Assembly (NCBI GenBank): GCA_034661055.1
Contig: JAYEKO010000020.1
Location: 1 to 21,581, forward strand
From: Campylobacterota bacterium
Lineage (GTDB): Bacteria; Campylobacterota; Campylobacteria; Campylobacterales; Sulfurimonadaceae
DNA: 21,581 nt
Direction: 5' to 3'
Shown: positions 1 through 10,031 of the stretch, in pieces
Numbering within the stretch: position 1 is the first letter of the stretch
How the letters are laid out: each line of letters starts with the position of its first letter
Notes under the pieces: model-generated
What the model saw: only the letters and a program-made list of their open reading frames with translations
What the model was told of the DNA's origin: nothing
The model's database searches: none
Translations under genes and position numbers: made by a program

Positions 1-1017
1 CAAAAATTTTAAGTAACTATTTACATTTTCTTTTGTCAATACTATTCCAAAATCATCTTGCTTATCAGTGTTCTTAGTGTTTGACAGTTCATTGGCAAGC
101 ATCTTTCCAATACGCGGATAGTAATGCTCTGCATCGGGATAGTTTTCAAGGTTGCGAGTAATACTATTAATAGTCATAAAGTGATGAACTTCTCCAAACA
201 CTTCAATCATCTCTTTTAGCCATCGTTCATACTCATCAAATCTATTACCATTTTTAATGATTGATACTAGCAAGTTAGCGCTAATTGGGGAGGTAAAAAT
301 AGTAAACTCTATATTTTTATTATTCTCTTTTAGCTCTTGAAGATATTTAATATAGTCATCATTATAAACATAATTCTTATCTTTAAATGTATTAAAATTC
401 TTACTCAGATTTGCCTTGTATCGTTTCATTCTTTTCTCTGCTGAGACCTCAGGACGATACCGAATGTTATCTCTATCGTAATAAATTCTGCTTCCAAAAA
501 AACTGTTGGCAATATTTTTTATAGACTGTTTTAATGCATCAAACGAGAAAAGCATCTTATATCGGTAAGCAAAACTTTTAGTGTTATCGATGTAAAACTG
601 CGCTTTTTCAAACTTCAGGTTTTTTGGAACATTGGTACCATAAAAATCAGCTCCGATAATAATATATTTTAGTGCTGAACCTTTTGTCTCTTTTACAAAA
701 TCAACATAACCTTCATATTCATGAGGATACATATTATTAGTAGCATAGTTATAGATGTTCATGTTATGAAACTCATACTGATTAACATATCCGGTTCGGC
801 TGCTACCAAGCAAAATACCATCATAATCATCAAAACCATTAAAATAGATATGATTTGTCTTTTGCTGTCGTTCATTAAATGGTTTTTGCTTAGCATTTAA
901 ACTGTTAGAATGTGAAAAAGTCCAAAGTGGATCAACAATGTAGTTAATTATAATAATAGTAGGAATAGCAATAGCAGAGCTCATAAACCATGTTTTAATC
1001 CATTTTTTAATTGTCAT
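1..1017 (-). CDS. SGNH-hydrolase-like (AlgJ/DltD-type) acyltransferase partner of the MBOAT protein; 3' end runs off the window
   Basis: Absent from the ORF track; read manually. ATG at 1017 (minus) preceded by GGAGAGG. Translates MTIKKWIKTWF...NYIVDPLW...ILLGSSRT...NYPDAEHYY, i.e. an N-terminal TM anchor, a GSS block-I motif and a C-terminal DxxH. Open to base 1. Confidence 0.75.
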   Translation of the reverse strand, partial: MTIKKWIKTWFMSSAIAIPTIIIINYIVDPLWTFSHSNSLNAKQKPFNERQQKTNHIYFNGFDDYDGILLGSSRTGYVNQYEFHNMNIYNYATNNMYPHEYEGYVDFVKETKGSALKYIIIGADFYGTNVPKNLKFEKAQFYIDNTKSFAYRYKMLFSFDALKQSIKNIANSFFGSRIYYDRDNIRYRPEVSAEKRMKRYKANLSKNFNTFKDKNYVYNDDYIKYLQELKENNKNIEFTIFTSPISANLLVSIIKNGNRFDEYERWLKEMIEVFGEVHHFMTINSITRNLENYPDAEHYYPRIGKMLANELSNTKNTDKQDDFGIVLTKENVNSYLKFL

Positions 1018-1029
1018 ATGCACCTCTCC

Positions 1030-2493
1030 CTAAAAATTAAAATACAAAAATTCTGATACTTGATTAAACAGCAGCAATGCACTCAAGAACATAGCGCTAG
1101 AGAGCAGTGCTGTTTTTTTATTATATTCTAAGGTCTCTAATTTTTCCATAGAGTTTTTAAAACGTAGCACAATAATAAAAGCAAGCACTATAAATGCCAT
1201 CGCCTTTCCACGACCATCAATATGAATAAACTTACCAAATTCTACACCAAAATTCTGTAAAAATGCCAAGCTAGAGTGGAGACCGTAAGGCAATACTACA
1301 TTATCGAGAGAGAACATACAGCCTAAGACTTTGAGTGCATCATCAAACTCTTTAGCCCGAAAAAATACCCATGCAATATTAATAAAGTTAAAAGTAATGA
1401 GCCATGCCAACCACTTTGGCATCTTAACACCAATATTACTCCAAAATCTATGTATTACCAGAGCCATTCCATGCAAGAGACCCCAAAACACAAAGGTCCA
1501 GCCAGCACCGTGCCAGATTCCACCTAAAACAAATGTTGCTAATAGATTATTGTAAGTCCTAAAGCTCCCTCTACGATTTCCTCCTAATGGAATGTAGATA
1601 TAGTCTCTTAAAAAACGGCTTAATGTCATATGCCAGCGCCGCCAAAAATCTTGAATATTTAGAGCCTTATAGGGACTGTTAAAGTTAATAGGCAATCGAA
1701 TATTAAACAGCAGTGCCGCTCCAATTGCCATATCGGTATAGCCGCTAAAATCGAAATAGAGCTGGAATGTGTAACTAAGGCTCGTAATCCACGCCTCAAA
1801 AAGGTTTAACGTCTCCGCCACATCAAAGCCAGATGTAGCCCAAGTAGCAAAAGTGTCTGCAATTACTACTTTTTTAAAGAGTCCAATGGAAAAAACAAAA
1901 AGCCCCATAGCAATATTTTTATAGTTAATAACCTTATTTCTAACCGTCTCAAACTGTGGCATCATCTCTTTATGATGCACAATAGGACCTGCTATAAGTT
2001 GTGGGAAAAAGGTGACAAAAACAGCATAATTTAAAAAATCATACTCTTGTGTCTCTCTGCGGTAACTATCTACCAAGTAAGCAATCTGCTGAAAGGTAAA
2101 AAATGATATTGCAAGAGGAAGTGCTAAATGCAACAACTCAACATTAGCCTTAAACACAAAATTAAAATTTTCAATAAAAAAATCACTATATTTAAAATAG
2201 GCCAACAGTGATAAATTTGCAATAATACCAAATGCAAGAAGAGTCTTTTTTGAGAACTTATGTCGCCCTTTAGTAGGCTCTTGTATCAGAGCATTCCCCA
2301 TCACATAATTAAAAAGCATAGATGACAAAATAAGCGGTAGATAAGCTATATTCCACCAACTATAAAATACTAAGCTACTAAAGACTAAAAAACCTTTACT
2401 CGCCTCCAAAAGCCGTCTATGATTAAGATAGAAGTAGATAAAAAAACTAAAAGGTAAGAAAAAGAAAATAAATTCATAACTATTAAATAACAC
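1030..2493 (-). CDS. MBOAT family O-acyltransferase (AlgI/PatA/DltB-like)
   Basis: Motifs LPLAISFFTFQQIAY, FFPQLIAGPIV, YFDFSGYTDMAIG, FWRRWHMTLS, GIWHGAGWTF and C-terminal EFLYFNF. Confidence 0.93.
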   Translation of the reverse strand: MLFNSYEFIFFFLPFSFFIYFYLNHRRLLEASKGFLVFSSLVFYSWWNIAYLPLILSSMLFNYVMGNALIQEPTKGRHKFSKKTLLAFGIIANLSLLAYFKYSDFFIENFNFVFKANVELLHLALPLAISFFTFQQIAYLVDSYRRETQEYDFLNYAVFVTFFPQLIAGPIVHHKEMMPQFETVRNKVINYKNIAMGLFVFSIGLFKKVVIADTFATWATSGFDVAETLNLFEAWITSLSYTFQLYFDFSGYTDMAIGAALLFNIRLPINFNSPYKALNIQDFWRRWHMTLSRFLRDYIYIPLGGNRRGSFRTYNNLLATFVLGGIWHGAGWTFVFWGLLHGMALVIHRFWSNIGVKMPKWLAWLITFNFINIAWVFFRAKEFDDALKVLGCMFSLDNVVLPYGLHSSLAFLQNFGVEFGKFIHIDGRGKAMAFIVLAFIIVLRFKNSMEKLETLEYNKKTALLSSAMFLSALLLFNQVSEFLYFNF

Positions 2494-2529
2494 CTATCTC
2501 TCCAAACTTCAACCCTAATTTACATGTAA

Positions 2530-3111
2530 TTAAAAAACGAACTTAAAACCGATAAATGCAGCACTGTTAAACTCCACATCTGCAGCTTCGTAATTAGTAT
2601 CTATGTGGCGGTAACCAACCGTAACTAGTCCTCTCTCAATCACTTCAATATCAGCATTAACTTTAAACTCTACATAGTTATGAGAGTCTTGAAAACTAAG
2701 TACTGATGGTGCATAGTAGAACTGAGCGCCTACATAGATGGGAACAATACTTGAGTCTAACGGTAACTTATAGCCTGCCTCAAGACCAAGTGGAAGTGCT
2801 AAAAAGTCGTTGCTGCCTACAGAGCTGTAATCAAGCTTGAAACCAATGCCAACGCTAAAATCTCTTTGAGCCTCTAAAGGTTTTTTCATTAAATATGAGA
2901 GTTCAATGAGTCCGTCAGAGTCATGTCTATTCTCTGCTGAAATGTAACGCAGACCTACAAATGTAGAGTCAACATCTAGTTCAGAGTTATACTGCCCCAT
3001 ATCAAATTTAACTGCTACTTCAATATCTTCATTATTAATATTAATTTCGCCCGTATGCATCGCCAATGCACTCACTGCACTCAAAGCTACAAGTCCTAGT
3101 TTTTTTAACAT
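2530..3111 (-). CDS. YfaZ-like outer-membrane beta-barrel protein
   Basis: Signal peptide, alternating beta-strand pattern, YYAPSVLSF and VGYR motifs, terminal Phe. Confidence 0.7.
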   Translation of the reverse strand: MLKKLGLVALSAVSALAMHTGEININNEDIEVAVKFDMGQYNSELDVDSTFVGLRYISAENRHDSDGLIELSYLMKKPLEAQRDFSVGIGFKLDYSSVGSNDFLALPLGLEAGYKLPLDSSIVPIYVGAQFYYAPSVLSFQDSHNYVEFKVNADIEVIERGLVTVGYRHIDTNYEAADVEFNSAAFIGFKFVF

Positions 3112-4538
3112 CTGTTTCCCTCTATTTTAAGAATTGTTTTTGTTGTACTTTTGCCCTCAACGAACTGTACAAGTTTAAGTTCACTAGCAAATTGTGTTCC
3201 TACAACCTCTTTACCTTCGTAATCACCGCCTTTTACCAAAGTGTCAGGTGCAATCATTTTTATTAGTTCATACGGTGTATCATCTGAAAACTTAACCACA
3301 TAATCCACCGCTTCAAGTGCCGCCAAAATATAGGCTCGATCATCTTCAGAGTTAATAGGACGTGTTGGACCTTTTAGCGCACTCACAGACGCATCAGAAT
3401 TAAGCCCAATAATTAAGACATCTCCGTAACTTTTTGCCTCTTGAAGGTACTTGACATGTCCTACATGTAAAATGTCAAAACAGCCATTGGTAAAAACCAC
3501 ACGTTGTCCATGTTCTTTAGCACGCTTGACAATAACATCAATCTCATCAAACGTTTTAATATGAGCATCTGAACTGCTCTGATGCAGACTTGAGGCATAC
3601 ATTTCAATCTCATCAAGCGTTGCCGTTGCCGAACCAATTTTCCCTACAACTACTGCCGCTGCATAGTTTGAGAACTTTGCTGTGGTGTCAATATCTACAC
3701 CACAAGCTATGGAAAAAGCGAGTGAGGCAATGACAGTATCTCCTGCTCCAGTAACATCATAAACTTCTTGTGCTACGGTAGCAAATTGGCGCATACTCTC
3801 ATCAAAAAGTGCTATACCGTCTTCTGAAAGTGTTATCATAGAGGTGTGCAATTTACATGTATTTTTAAGATTTAACAGTGCTCTCTCTAAAGAACTGTCA
3901 TCTACAATATCAATACCAGTAGCAAGCACTGCCTCTTTTTTATTGGGAGTTAGAAGATAAGCCCCCTCATATTTTTTAAAATCACTCCCTTTTGGGTCAA
4001 CCAAAACTTTTTTATTCTGCTCTTTTGCTAAAGCAATAATACCTTGAGCTAAAAATGGGGTAATAACTCCCTTGGCATAGTCAGAAAGAATAATCATATC
4101 GTAGAGAAAAAGATCTTTTTTGACGGCATCTATAATGCGCTGCGCCATAGCATCATCAATAGCATCTTTACTCTCTTTATCATAACGCAGTACCTGCTGA
4201 TTAGATGCTATTACGCGACTTTTTTTACTCGTAAGTCGCCCTCTTTGTATTAAGAGTGCTTCTGTTTTAATACCGACAGATTTAAGCATTATTGAGAGCT
4301 GTCTGCCATTATCATCATCGCCAATAACACCTGCGACACTCACATTGCTTCCAAGTGCCAAAAGGTTATTTAAAACATTTCCTGCACCACCAAGCAGTGT
4401 GGTCTCTTTTTTAATATCAACCACCTGCACAGGGGCTTCAGGTGAAATACGCTCACACCCTCCCCATAAATAGTGATCTATCATTAGGTCCCCAACAACT
4501 AAAATATTGGGCTTTTTATTTTTAAAAATTTCTATCAT
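3105..4538 (-). CDS. hldE: Bifunctional D-glycero-beta-D-manno-heptose-7-phosphate kinase / heptose-1-phosphate adenylyltransferase
   Basis: PfkB kinase domain (RISPEAPV, GGAGNV, DVTGAGDT) plus cytidylyltransferase-like domain (FTNGCFDILHVGH, KGGDY). Confidence 0.96.
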   Translation of the reverse strand: MIEIFKNKKPNILVVGDLMIDHYLWGGCERISPEAPVQVVDIKKETTLLGGAGNVLNNLLALGSNVSVAGVIGDDDNGRQLSIMLKSVGIKTEALLIQRGRLTSKKSRVIASNQQVLRYDKESKDAIDDAMAQRIIDAVKKDLFLYDMIILSDYAKGVITPFLAQGIIALAKEQNKKVLVDPKGSDFKKYEGAYLLTPNKKEAVLATGIDIVDDSSLERALLNLKNTCKLHTSMITLSEDGIALFDESMRQFATVAQEVYDVTGAGDTVIASLAFSIACGVDIDTTAKFSNYAAAVVVGKIGSATATLDEIEMYASSLHQSSSDAHIKTFDEIDVIVKRAKEHGQRVVFTNGCFDILHVGHVKYLQEAKSYGDVLIIGLNSDASVSALKGPTRPINSEDDRAYILAALEAVDYVVKFSDDTPYELIKMIAPDTLVKGGDYEGKEVVGTQFASELKLVQFVEGKSTTKTILKIEGNRC

Positions 4539-4630
4539 TTTATATCTTTAAAAGAAAGTGATTTATTGTAGCAGATGACAACTAATAATAAGGTAAGTTG
4601 ATTTATATCATGTACTTTTAAGATTGCAGA

Positions 4631-4665
4631 GACTATAATCTGTACGAAATTAATTCAAAATGGAG
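4631..4665 (+). promoter_or_regulatory. Putative sigma70 -10 box (TATAAT 4634-4639) and RBS (GGAG 4662-4665) of the cytochrome c gene
   Basis: Consensus TATAAT in the divergent intergenic region; GGAG 6 nt before ATG 4672. Confidence 0.5.
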
Positions 4666-4671
4666 AATTCA

Positions 4672-4956
4672 ATGAAAAAAATCGCTCTTTCTTTACTAGT
4701 AGCTAGTGTAGGTCTTATGGCAGCTGACGGTGCAGCTCTTTACAAAAAATGTGCAGCATGTCACGGTGCTAAAGGTGAGAAAAAAGCTCTTGGAAAATCA
4801 GCTGTTATTACAGGTGTTGATACTTTAGCTGACCTTAAAGGTTACAAAGCTGGTACTACTAACAAAGCAGGTATGGGTGCACTAATGAAAGGTCAAGTAG
4901 CTTCTTACTCTGACGCTGATTTAGAAGCAGTTGCTGCTTATATCAAAGGTCTTTAA
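4672..4956 (+). CDS. Periplasmic monoheme cytochrome c553-type (class I)
   Basis: Signal peptide, CAACH heme motif, distal Met (GMGALMKGQV). Start moved from 4660 to 4672 because of the RBS. Confidence 0.92.
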   Translation: MKKIALSLLVASVGLMAADGAALYKKCAACHGAKGEKKALGKSAVITGVDTLADLKGYKAGTTNKAGMGALMKGQVASYSDADLEAVAAYIKGL

Positions 4957-4965
4957 TTAGATCTT

Positions 4966-4989
4966 TTCTCACTGCTTAGGCGGTGAGAA
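4966..4989. terminator. Hairpin between convergent cyt c and ccoS, likely a terminator
   Basis: ttctcactgc-ttag-gcggtgagaa, a 10-bp stem with one G-U pair. Confidence 0.7.
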
Positions 4990-5007
4990 CTTCTTACGTT
5001 AACTTCT

Positions 5008-5226
5008 TTACTCTGGTCTGTAATTTTTCTCTTGTAACTTTTTCTTTTTACGTTCTTGCTCTACTGCATCATTTAACTCAGACTCATCATCATAGAGTGC
5101 TGAATTTAAAAACTTCTCTTTATCATCAAACTGTCCACTTTTAATTCCCCATAAAAATGCAATAAGTGCAATACCACCTAAAACAAGTGATGCACCAAGC
5201 ATCATCGCTACAACCCAACTATCCAT
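5008..5226 (-). CDS. ccoS: cbb3-type cytochrome oxidase assembly protein CcoS
   Basis: TM helix followed by FLWGIKSGQFDD; lies downstream of ccoI. Confidence 0.9.
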   Translation of the reverse strand: MDSWVVAMMLGASLVLGGIALIAFLWGIKSGQFDDKEKFLNSALYDDESELNDAVEQERKKKKLQEKNYRPE

Positions 5227-5235
5227 TTTTTACCT

Positions 5236-7626
5236 TTACTTAATTGCGCTCCACCGAATACGCATTGAATTTCCTACCACTAACAGAGAACTTACCGACA
5301 TTGAAATAGCAGCAATAAGTGGAATAATAAATCCTGCCATTGCCAATGGAATGGTTATGGCATTATAGACCAGTGAAATTCCTAGATTCTGTCTAATTAG
5401 CCTATAGGTCGTTTTTGAAATCCGTAACGCCTCGTCAAGAGCTGTTAAATTATCACCTAAAAGTACTACATCACTGACATCAATAGCAATATCACTACCG
5501 CTACCCATAGCAATTCCTATGTTGGCATTTGCAAGAGCTAGAATATCATTAACACCATCACCTGCCATAACAACTACCTTGTTATCATCTTGAGCCTTAG
5601 CCACAAAAGTTGCTTTATCTTCTGGTGTTAATGAGTGATGCACCTCTGAAATTCCAACATCTTTAGCAATTTTTTCTGCCGTACCAGCATGATCACCCGT
5701 TAGCATCACCACTTCAATGCCACTATTTTTAATACTCTCAATTGCTTTAAAAGAGTCCTCTTTTGCCACGTCACTGAGTTCATAAATTACATGTATTTTA
5801 TTATCAATTGCAAAATAAAATAGTGAATGTTCGCTTTTAAAATTAGCTTCAATTCCATGCTCTTGCATTAACTTAGCACTGCCTCCAAGAAGGTTTTTTG
5901 TATTAATAGTCGCACTAATACCACGGGCATTAATCTGCTGTACATCACTTAAACTTAATGCCGTTTCAACTTTTAAAGATTTAGCAATACCTTGCGCAAT
6001 AGGATGATTTGAACTGCTAACAAGTGAAAATAAAAGCTGCTCATCAAACGCTTCAAATAAATTTACATGGTTTACTTCAGGAGTTCCTTTAGTAATGGTT
6101 CCCGTTTTATCAAGCACCAAAATATCTGCCTTTGCCATGGTCTCTAACTGTGCCGCCTCTTTAAATAAAATACCCCGTCTTGCTCCAAGGCCTAAACCGA
6201 CAAGCGTTGCCACTGGAGTAGCTAAGGCTAAAGCACAAGGACAAGCAATGACAATCACAGAAATTCCAACAATAAATGAGGTCTCAAAGTCATGGGGCCA
6301 GAAATACCAAACAACAAACGTTAAAAAAGATAGCAATAAAATTGCTGTAGAAAAATGTTCTGAAAGACGATTAGCCATCTGCTCAATCTTAGGTTTTTTA
6401 GCCATAGATTTCTCTAGTAGTGCAACAAGATTTGAGATGGTTGAATGAGCAAAATCTTTTGTGGTTTTATACTGTATTACCGCATCAATAGAGGTTGTTC
6501 CACTTACAAGTGTATCGCCTATTTTTTTAAAGATAGGATGAGACTCTCCCGTAAGACTTGACTCGTCAATACTCCCTTCACCCTCATAAACCACCCCATC
6601 AATAGCTACTTTTTCACCTGCTTTTAGCAAGATAACAGAACCCACTTCAACATCATTAATATTACATGTAGAAACCTCACCATCTTTAATAACACTTACC
6701 TCAGCAGGAACATGCTTACTAATAACATCAAGAGTATCTGCTGCACTTTTTTTACTTAAGACCTCTAAAAACTTTCCAAAAAGCACAAAAGTAATAATCA
6801 TAGCCACAGAATCAAAATAGGCCTCACCATATTCCACTAAGGTAATATAAATAGAGTATAGATAAGTTAAAAGCGCCCCTGTTGCCACTAAGATGTCCAT
6901 ATTGACCACACGGTTCTTTATGCCAAAATAAGCCCCTTTAAAAAAGACCCAACCACTGTAAAAAAGTACTGGTGTTGCTAAGGTCCACTCCGCTACATTT
7001 AAAATGGTCTTAATATCTTGAGTAATCCCCGTAAAATACCCTGCATACTGTGCCACAGCAATCCACATAATATTCATAGAAGCAAATGTAGCCACGGCCA
7101 TGCGAAGATAGTAATCTTTACGCTGTCTGTTAGCACTCACCTCTTGCGCACTCGGATCATACGGAAAGGCGTTATAACCAATAGCGCGAATCATATCAAT
7201 AATATTGGATAGTTTTACAGTGTGATCAGCCCAAGTAATACGTGCTTTATTATTTGTGTAGTTAATATGTGCTTCAATGACACCATCCATTTTGTGCAGT
7301 GCTTTCTCGTTAAGCCAGACACATGCCGCACAGTGAATCCCTTCAATAACTAAAGAGACCTCCTCAAAACCCTCACTGTTAGTGCTGACAAATCGCTCAT
7401 AAAAGGCAGGTGAATTAAAATTCTCACTGTCATCATACTGAGTTGTTTGAGGGGTAAGTTTAGTGTTAGCTGCCTTATCATAAAAGGAGTCAAGTCCACT
7501 ATCACTCAAGAGGTGAAAGACTCCTTGACATCCATTACAACAGAAGTAATGCTCTCCCTCAACAATCATCACCGACTTATCAAACTCTAAATGACAGTGA
7601 GTACACTCAACCTTGGACAAATTCAA
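5236..7626 (-). CDS. ccoI: P1B-type heavy-metal (Cu) ATPase, CcoI/FixI type
   Basis: N-terminal CxHC...CCxGC, HMA CAAC, TGES, CPC, DKTGT, GDGVND; adjacent to ccoS. Confidence 0.9.
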   Translation of the reverse strand: MNLSKVECTHCHLEFDKSVMIVEGEHYFCCNGCQGVFHLLSDSGLDSFYDKAANTKLTPQTTQYDDSENFNSPAFYERFVSTNSEGFEEVSLVIEGIHCAACVWLNEKALHKMDGVIEAHINYTNNKARITWADHTVKLSNIIDMIRAIGYNAFPYDPSAQEVSANRQRKDYYLRMAVATFASMNIMWIAVAQYAGYFTGITQDIKTILNVAEWTLATPVLFYSGWVFFKGAYFGIKNRVVNMDILVATGALLTYLYSIYITLVEYGEAYFDSVAMIITFVLFGKFLEVLSKKSAADTLDVISKHVPAEVSVIKDGEVSTCNINDVEVGSVILLKAGEKVAIDGVVYEGEGSIDESSLTGESHPIFKKIGDTLVSGTTSIDAVIQYKTTKDFAHSTISNLVALLEKSMAKKPKIEQMANRLSEHFSTAILLLSFLTFVVWYFWPHDFETSFIVGISVIVIACPCALALATPVATLVGLGLGARRGILFKEAAQLETMAKADILVLDKTGTITKGTPEVNHVNLFEAFDEQLLFSLVSSSNHPIAQGIAKSLKVETALSLSDVQQINARGISATINTKNLLGGSAKLMQEHGIEANFKSEHSLFYFAIDNKIHVIYELSDVAKEDSFKAIESIKNSGIEVVMLTGDHAGTAEKIAKDVGISEVHHSLTPEDKATFVAKAQDDNKVVVMAGDGVNDILALANANIGIAMGSGSDIAIDVSDVVLLGDNLTALDEALRISKTTYRLIRQNLGISLVYNAITIPLAMAGFIIPLIAAISMSVSSLLVVGNSMRIRWSAIK

Positions 7627-8095
7627 ACCTACCTAATGCTCTATTTTTCTCAATACTATCATGCCTTCCTACAACTCCCTGCATGCAGATATAAACACCA
7701 TTTTCACTCTGTGCCTCAGCATAACCGAGTGCCATTGCAAAGTTTGCCGTTGCTTCAACATTGTCAATCTCATACGGCACCATAGCACCCGTAAAGACAA
7801 TGACTCTATCTTCAAAAATCTCACTAAAGTATGCAGCACTAAGATGCATTGTATCAGTTCCATGAACAATGACAATCTTTTTCTCATCTGATGCCATAAC
7901 AATATTGGCAATTATCTTTCTGTCATCACCCGTAAAATCAACACTGTCTTTATAAACTGCACCGGCAATAGTAGAATTATAGGTAAATCGTGAAGCAATC
8001 TGCTCTAAGGCACGATTATCAAAAGGGACATCTAGCGTTCCTGTAGTAGGATTATAACGCTTATTAAACGTTCCACCTGTATTTAAAATAAACAT
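7607..8095 (-). CDS. Asparaginase N-terminal-domain protein (short form)
   Basis: NTGGTF, HGTDT and TGAM motifs; only 162 aa. Confidence 0.85.
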   Translation of the reverse strand: MFILNTGGTFNKRYNPTTGTLDVPFDNRALEQIASRFTYNSTIAGAVYKDSVDFTGDDRKIIANIVMASDEKKIVIVHGTDTMHLSAAYFSEIFEDRVIVFTGAMVPYEIDNVEATANFAMALGYAEAQSENGVYICMQGVVGRHDSIEKNRALGRFEFVQG

Positions 8096-8598
8096 CGTAA
8101 CTCCTGAACTATATGATCTGCTTGACTTGATATGTCAGACTTTTGTGTTAGTAGTACTGTCTGCCCTACTCCTGCTCGTATTGCCGCTTCAATATCACGC
8201 TCACTATCTCCAATCATCATAGATTTTTGCATATCTATATCATAGCTCTTTTGTGCATCTAAGAGCATCTTAGGCTTAGGTTTACGGCACTCACAATCTC
8301 CTGAAAAGTCTGGATGATGCGGACAGTGAAATATACATGTAATTTCAATACGCTCTTTTTTAAACTGCTCAATCATCCAATTAGAGAGTATCTCAAAATC
8401 CTTCTCACCATACATTCCACGGGCAATACCTGACTGATTGGTAACAACAATAATTAAATAGCCTAACTCTTGGTAATAACGACATAACTCAAAAATACCC
8501 GCTACAAACTCTACATCTTCTATTTTATGCAGGTAGTTTTTCTCAATGTTAATAACTCCGTCACGGTCTAAAAAAAGAGCTGGCTTACTAAATTCCAT
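8083..8598 (-). CDS. gmhB: D-glycero-D-manno-heptose 1,7-bisphosphate phosphatase
   Basis: FLDRDGVIN, TNQSGIARG, CPHHP...CECRKP, IGD. Probable start is ATG 8598 (MEFSKPALF), overlapping the end of gmhA. Confidence 0.93.
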   Translation of the reverse strand: MEFSKPALFLDRDGVINIEKNYLHKIEDVEFVAGIFELCRYYQELGYLIIVVTNQSGIARGMYGEKDFEILSNWMIEQFKKERIEITCIFHCPHHPDFSGDCECRKPKPKMLLDAQKSYDIDMQKSMMIGDSERDIEAAIRAGVGQTVLLTQKSDISSQADHIVQELRCLF

Positions 8599-9172
8599 CG
8601 CCAAATAGTTCTCTCTCAATAATGTCACAAATGATATGCCCTATTAAAATATGACTCTCCTGAATACGTGGTGTCTCACTTGATGGAACTACTAAGCTGT
8701 AATCAGCCATCTCAGCCATAACTCCACCATCTCGACCAACAAGTGCAACGGTAGCAATACCCTTCTCTTTTGCAGTTTCAAATGCATTGATTAAGTTTTT
8801 AGAGTTTCCTGAAGTCGAGATACCAATAAATATGTCTCCACTGCACCCAACACCTTCTAACTGACGTGAAAATATTTTGTCATACCCATAGTCATTTCCA
8901 ATAGCTGTGAGGGCTGATGTATCGGTAGTAAGCGCAAAAGCACTTAACGAGGGTCTATCAAAACCGTAGCGTCCAACAAGTTCTGCAGCAATATGCTGTG
9001 CATCAGCGGCACTACCGCCATTACCAGCAAGTAATAATTTCTTATTATTCTGATATAGCCCCAGACAAATAGCCGCCACATCATGAATGGCTTGAATGGT
9101 CTTAGAACATCTCAAGAGTTCTGTTTTTGCTTCAATAGATGCTTTAATGCTTTGTTGTATAAAATCGTTCAC
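8588..9172 (-). CDS. gmhA: Phosphoheptose isomerase
   Basis: GNGGSAADAQH, NDYGY, STSGNS and RIQESH motifs. Confidence 0.96.
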   Translation of the reverse strand: MNDFIQQSIKASIEAKTELLRCSKTIQAIHDVAAICLGLYQNNKKLLLAGNGGSAADAQHIAAELVGRYGFDRPSLSAFALTTDTSALTAIGNDYGYDKIFSRQLEGVGCSGDIFIGISTSGNSKNLINAFETAKEKGIATVALVGRDGGVMAEMADYSLVVPSSETPRIQESHILIGHIICDIIERELFGDGI

Positions 9173-9174
9173 GT

Positions 9175-10023
9175 CTATTCCTTACATGTATTTATATGGT
9201 AACGGTTAATGCTCAACTCAAATCCTACTAAAACAACACGAACATCCTCATTAGCCATTAGCTCATCTAAAAGTGCTCTATCGTCAGGAGTATGAAATAA
9301 AAAGAGCGGAATTCCCTTATAAAGTTCTCTTAAATTGGTATCATAAATTGGCTCTTCTACCTTGCGTCCGCGAGGCAGTGCGAGTGCTGTTATATTTTTA
9401 AAATAGTAGGCAATCTTGTAGCCATTTGCAACAATAGAAGCAAAAGGATTACTCGCATGAGGCGGATGAATTCCTAAAATAGTTTTAAAACCTGCATCGG
9501 TGTACATAGGAAGTCGTAGAGGATTTGAACCCTCAATATAGAGTCGTTCTCTTATGTTATCAAAGTTAGTAATTTTTAAGAGTCTTTTAATGGCACTTTT
9601 TGTCTGTTTAACACTAAGTTTATCCAGATTTTTATAGTCCAACCAGAAGTAATGACCAACTCCCACCTCTTTTAAAAACTTCTCTAATGTAAGCAGTTCG
9701 CCCTCTTTTTGCGTATAGATTAGTTTACCATCACTCCCTTTTTTAGGGTGATCATGAGATATAATATAGCGGTTCATCTCAACATCATAATGAAAATCCA
9801 CCTCTGCGCCACTAGCACCCTGTGAAAAAGCCCGTCTCATAGCAGTAAGGGAGTTCTGCTCTTCTCGAGCCTCATAAAGACCTCGCGCCGCCCAGATTTT
9901 ATGACAGCTGCTGTAAACATCTGTAGAGACTCGTTTGGACATATGTGCATCAATGTACATGACCGTAGCATTAAACGCAATAACAAGCAGAACAACAGTA
10001 CCAAGAGCTATTTTTTTGATCAT
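9175..10023 (-). CDS. Membrane-anchored/exported protein with a GDPD/PLC-like phosphodiesterase fold
   Basis: N-terminal hydrophobic helix; KIWAARG...EQNSL...GAEVDF...ISHD...WLDYK resembles the GDPD pattern AHRG..ENT..E.D..HD. Confidence 0.55.
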   Translation of the reverse strand: MIKKIALGTVVLLVIAFNATVMYIDAHMSKRVSTDVYSSCHKIWAARGLYEAREEQNSLTAMRRAFSQGASGAEVDFHYDVEMNRYIISHDHPKKGSDGKLIYTQKEGELLTLEKFLKEVGVGHYFWLDYKNLDKLSVKQTKSAIKRLLKITNFDNIRERLYIEGSNPLRLPMYTDAGFKTILGIHPPHASNPFASIVANGYKIAYYFKNITALALPRGRKVEEPIYDTNLRELYKGIPLFLFHTPDDRALLDELMANEDVRVVLVGFELSINRYHINTCKE

Positions 10024-10031
10024 CGTTTTTC

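Noticed and set aside
3105..9172. Heptose genes (hldE, gmhA, gmhB) interleaved with ccoIS, asparaginase and cytochrome c as a novel pathway
   Set aside because: Functionally mixed operons are typical of Campylobacterota, and nothing in the sequence suggests a shared function.
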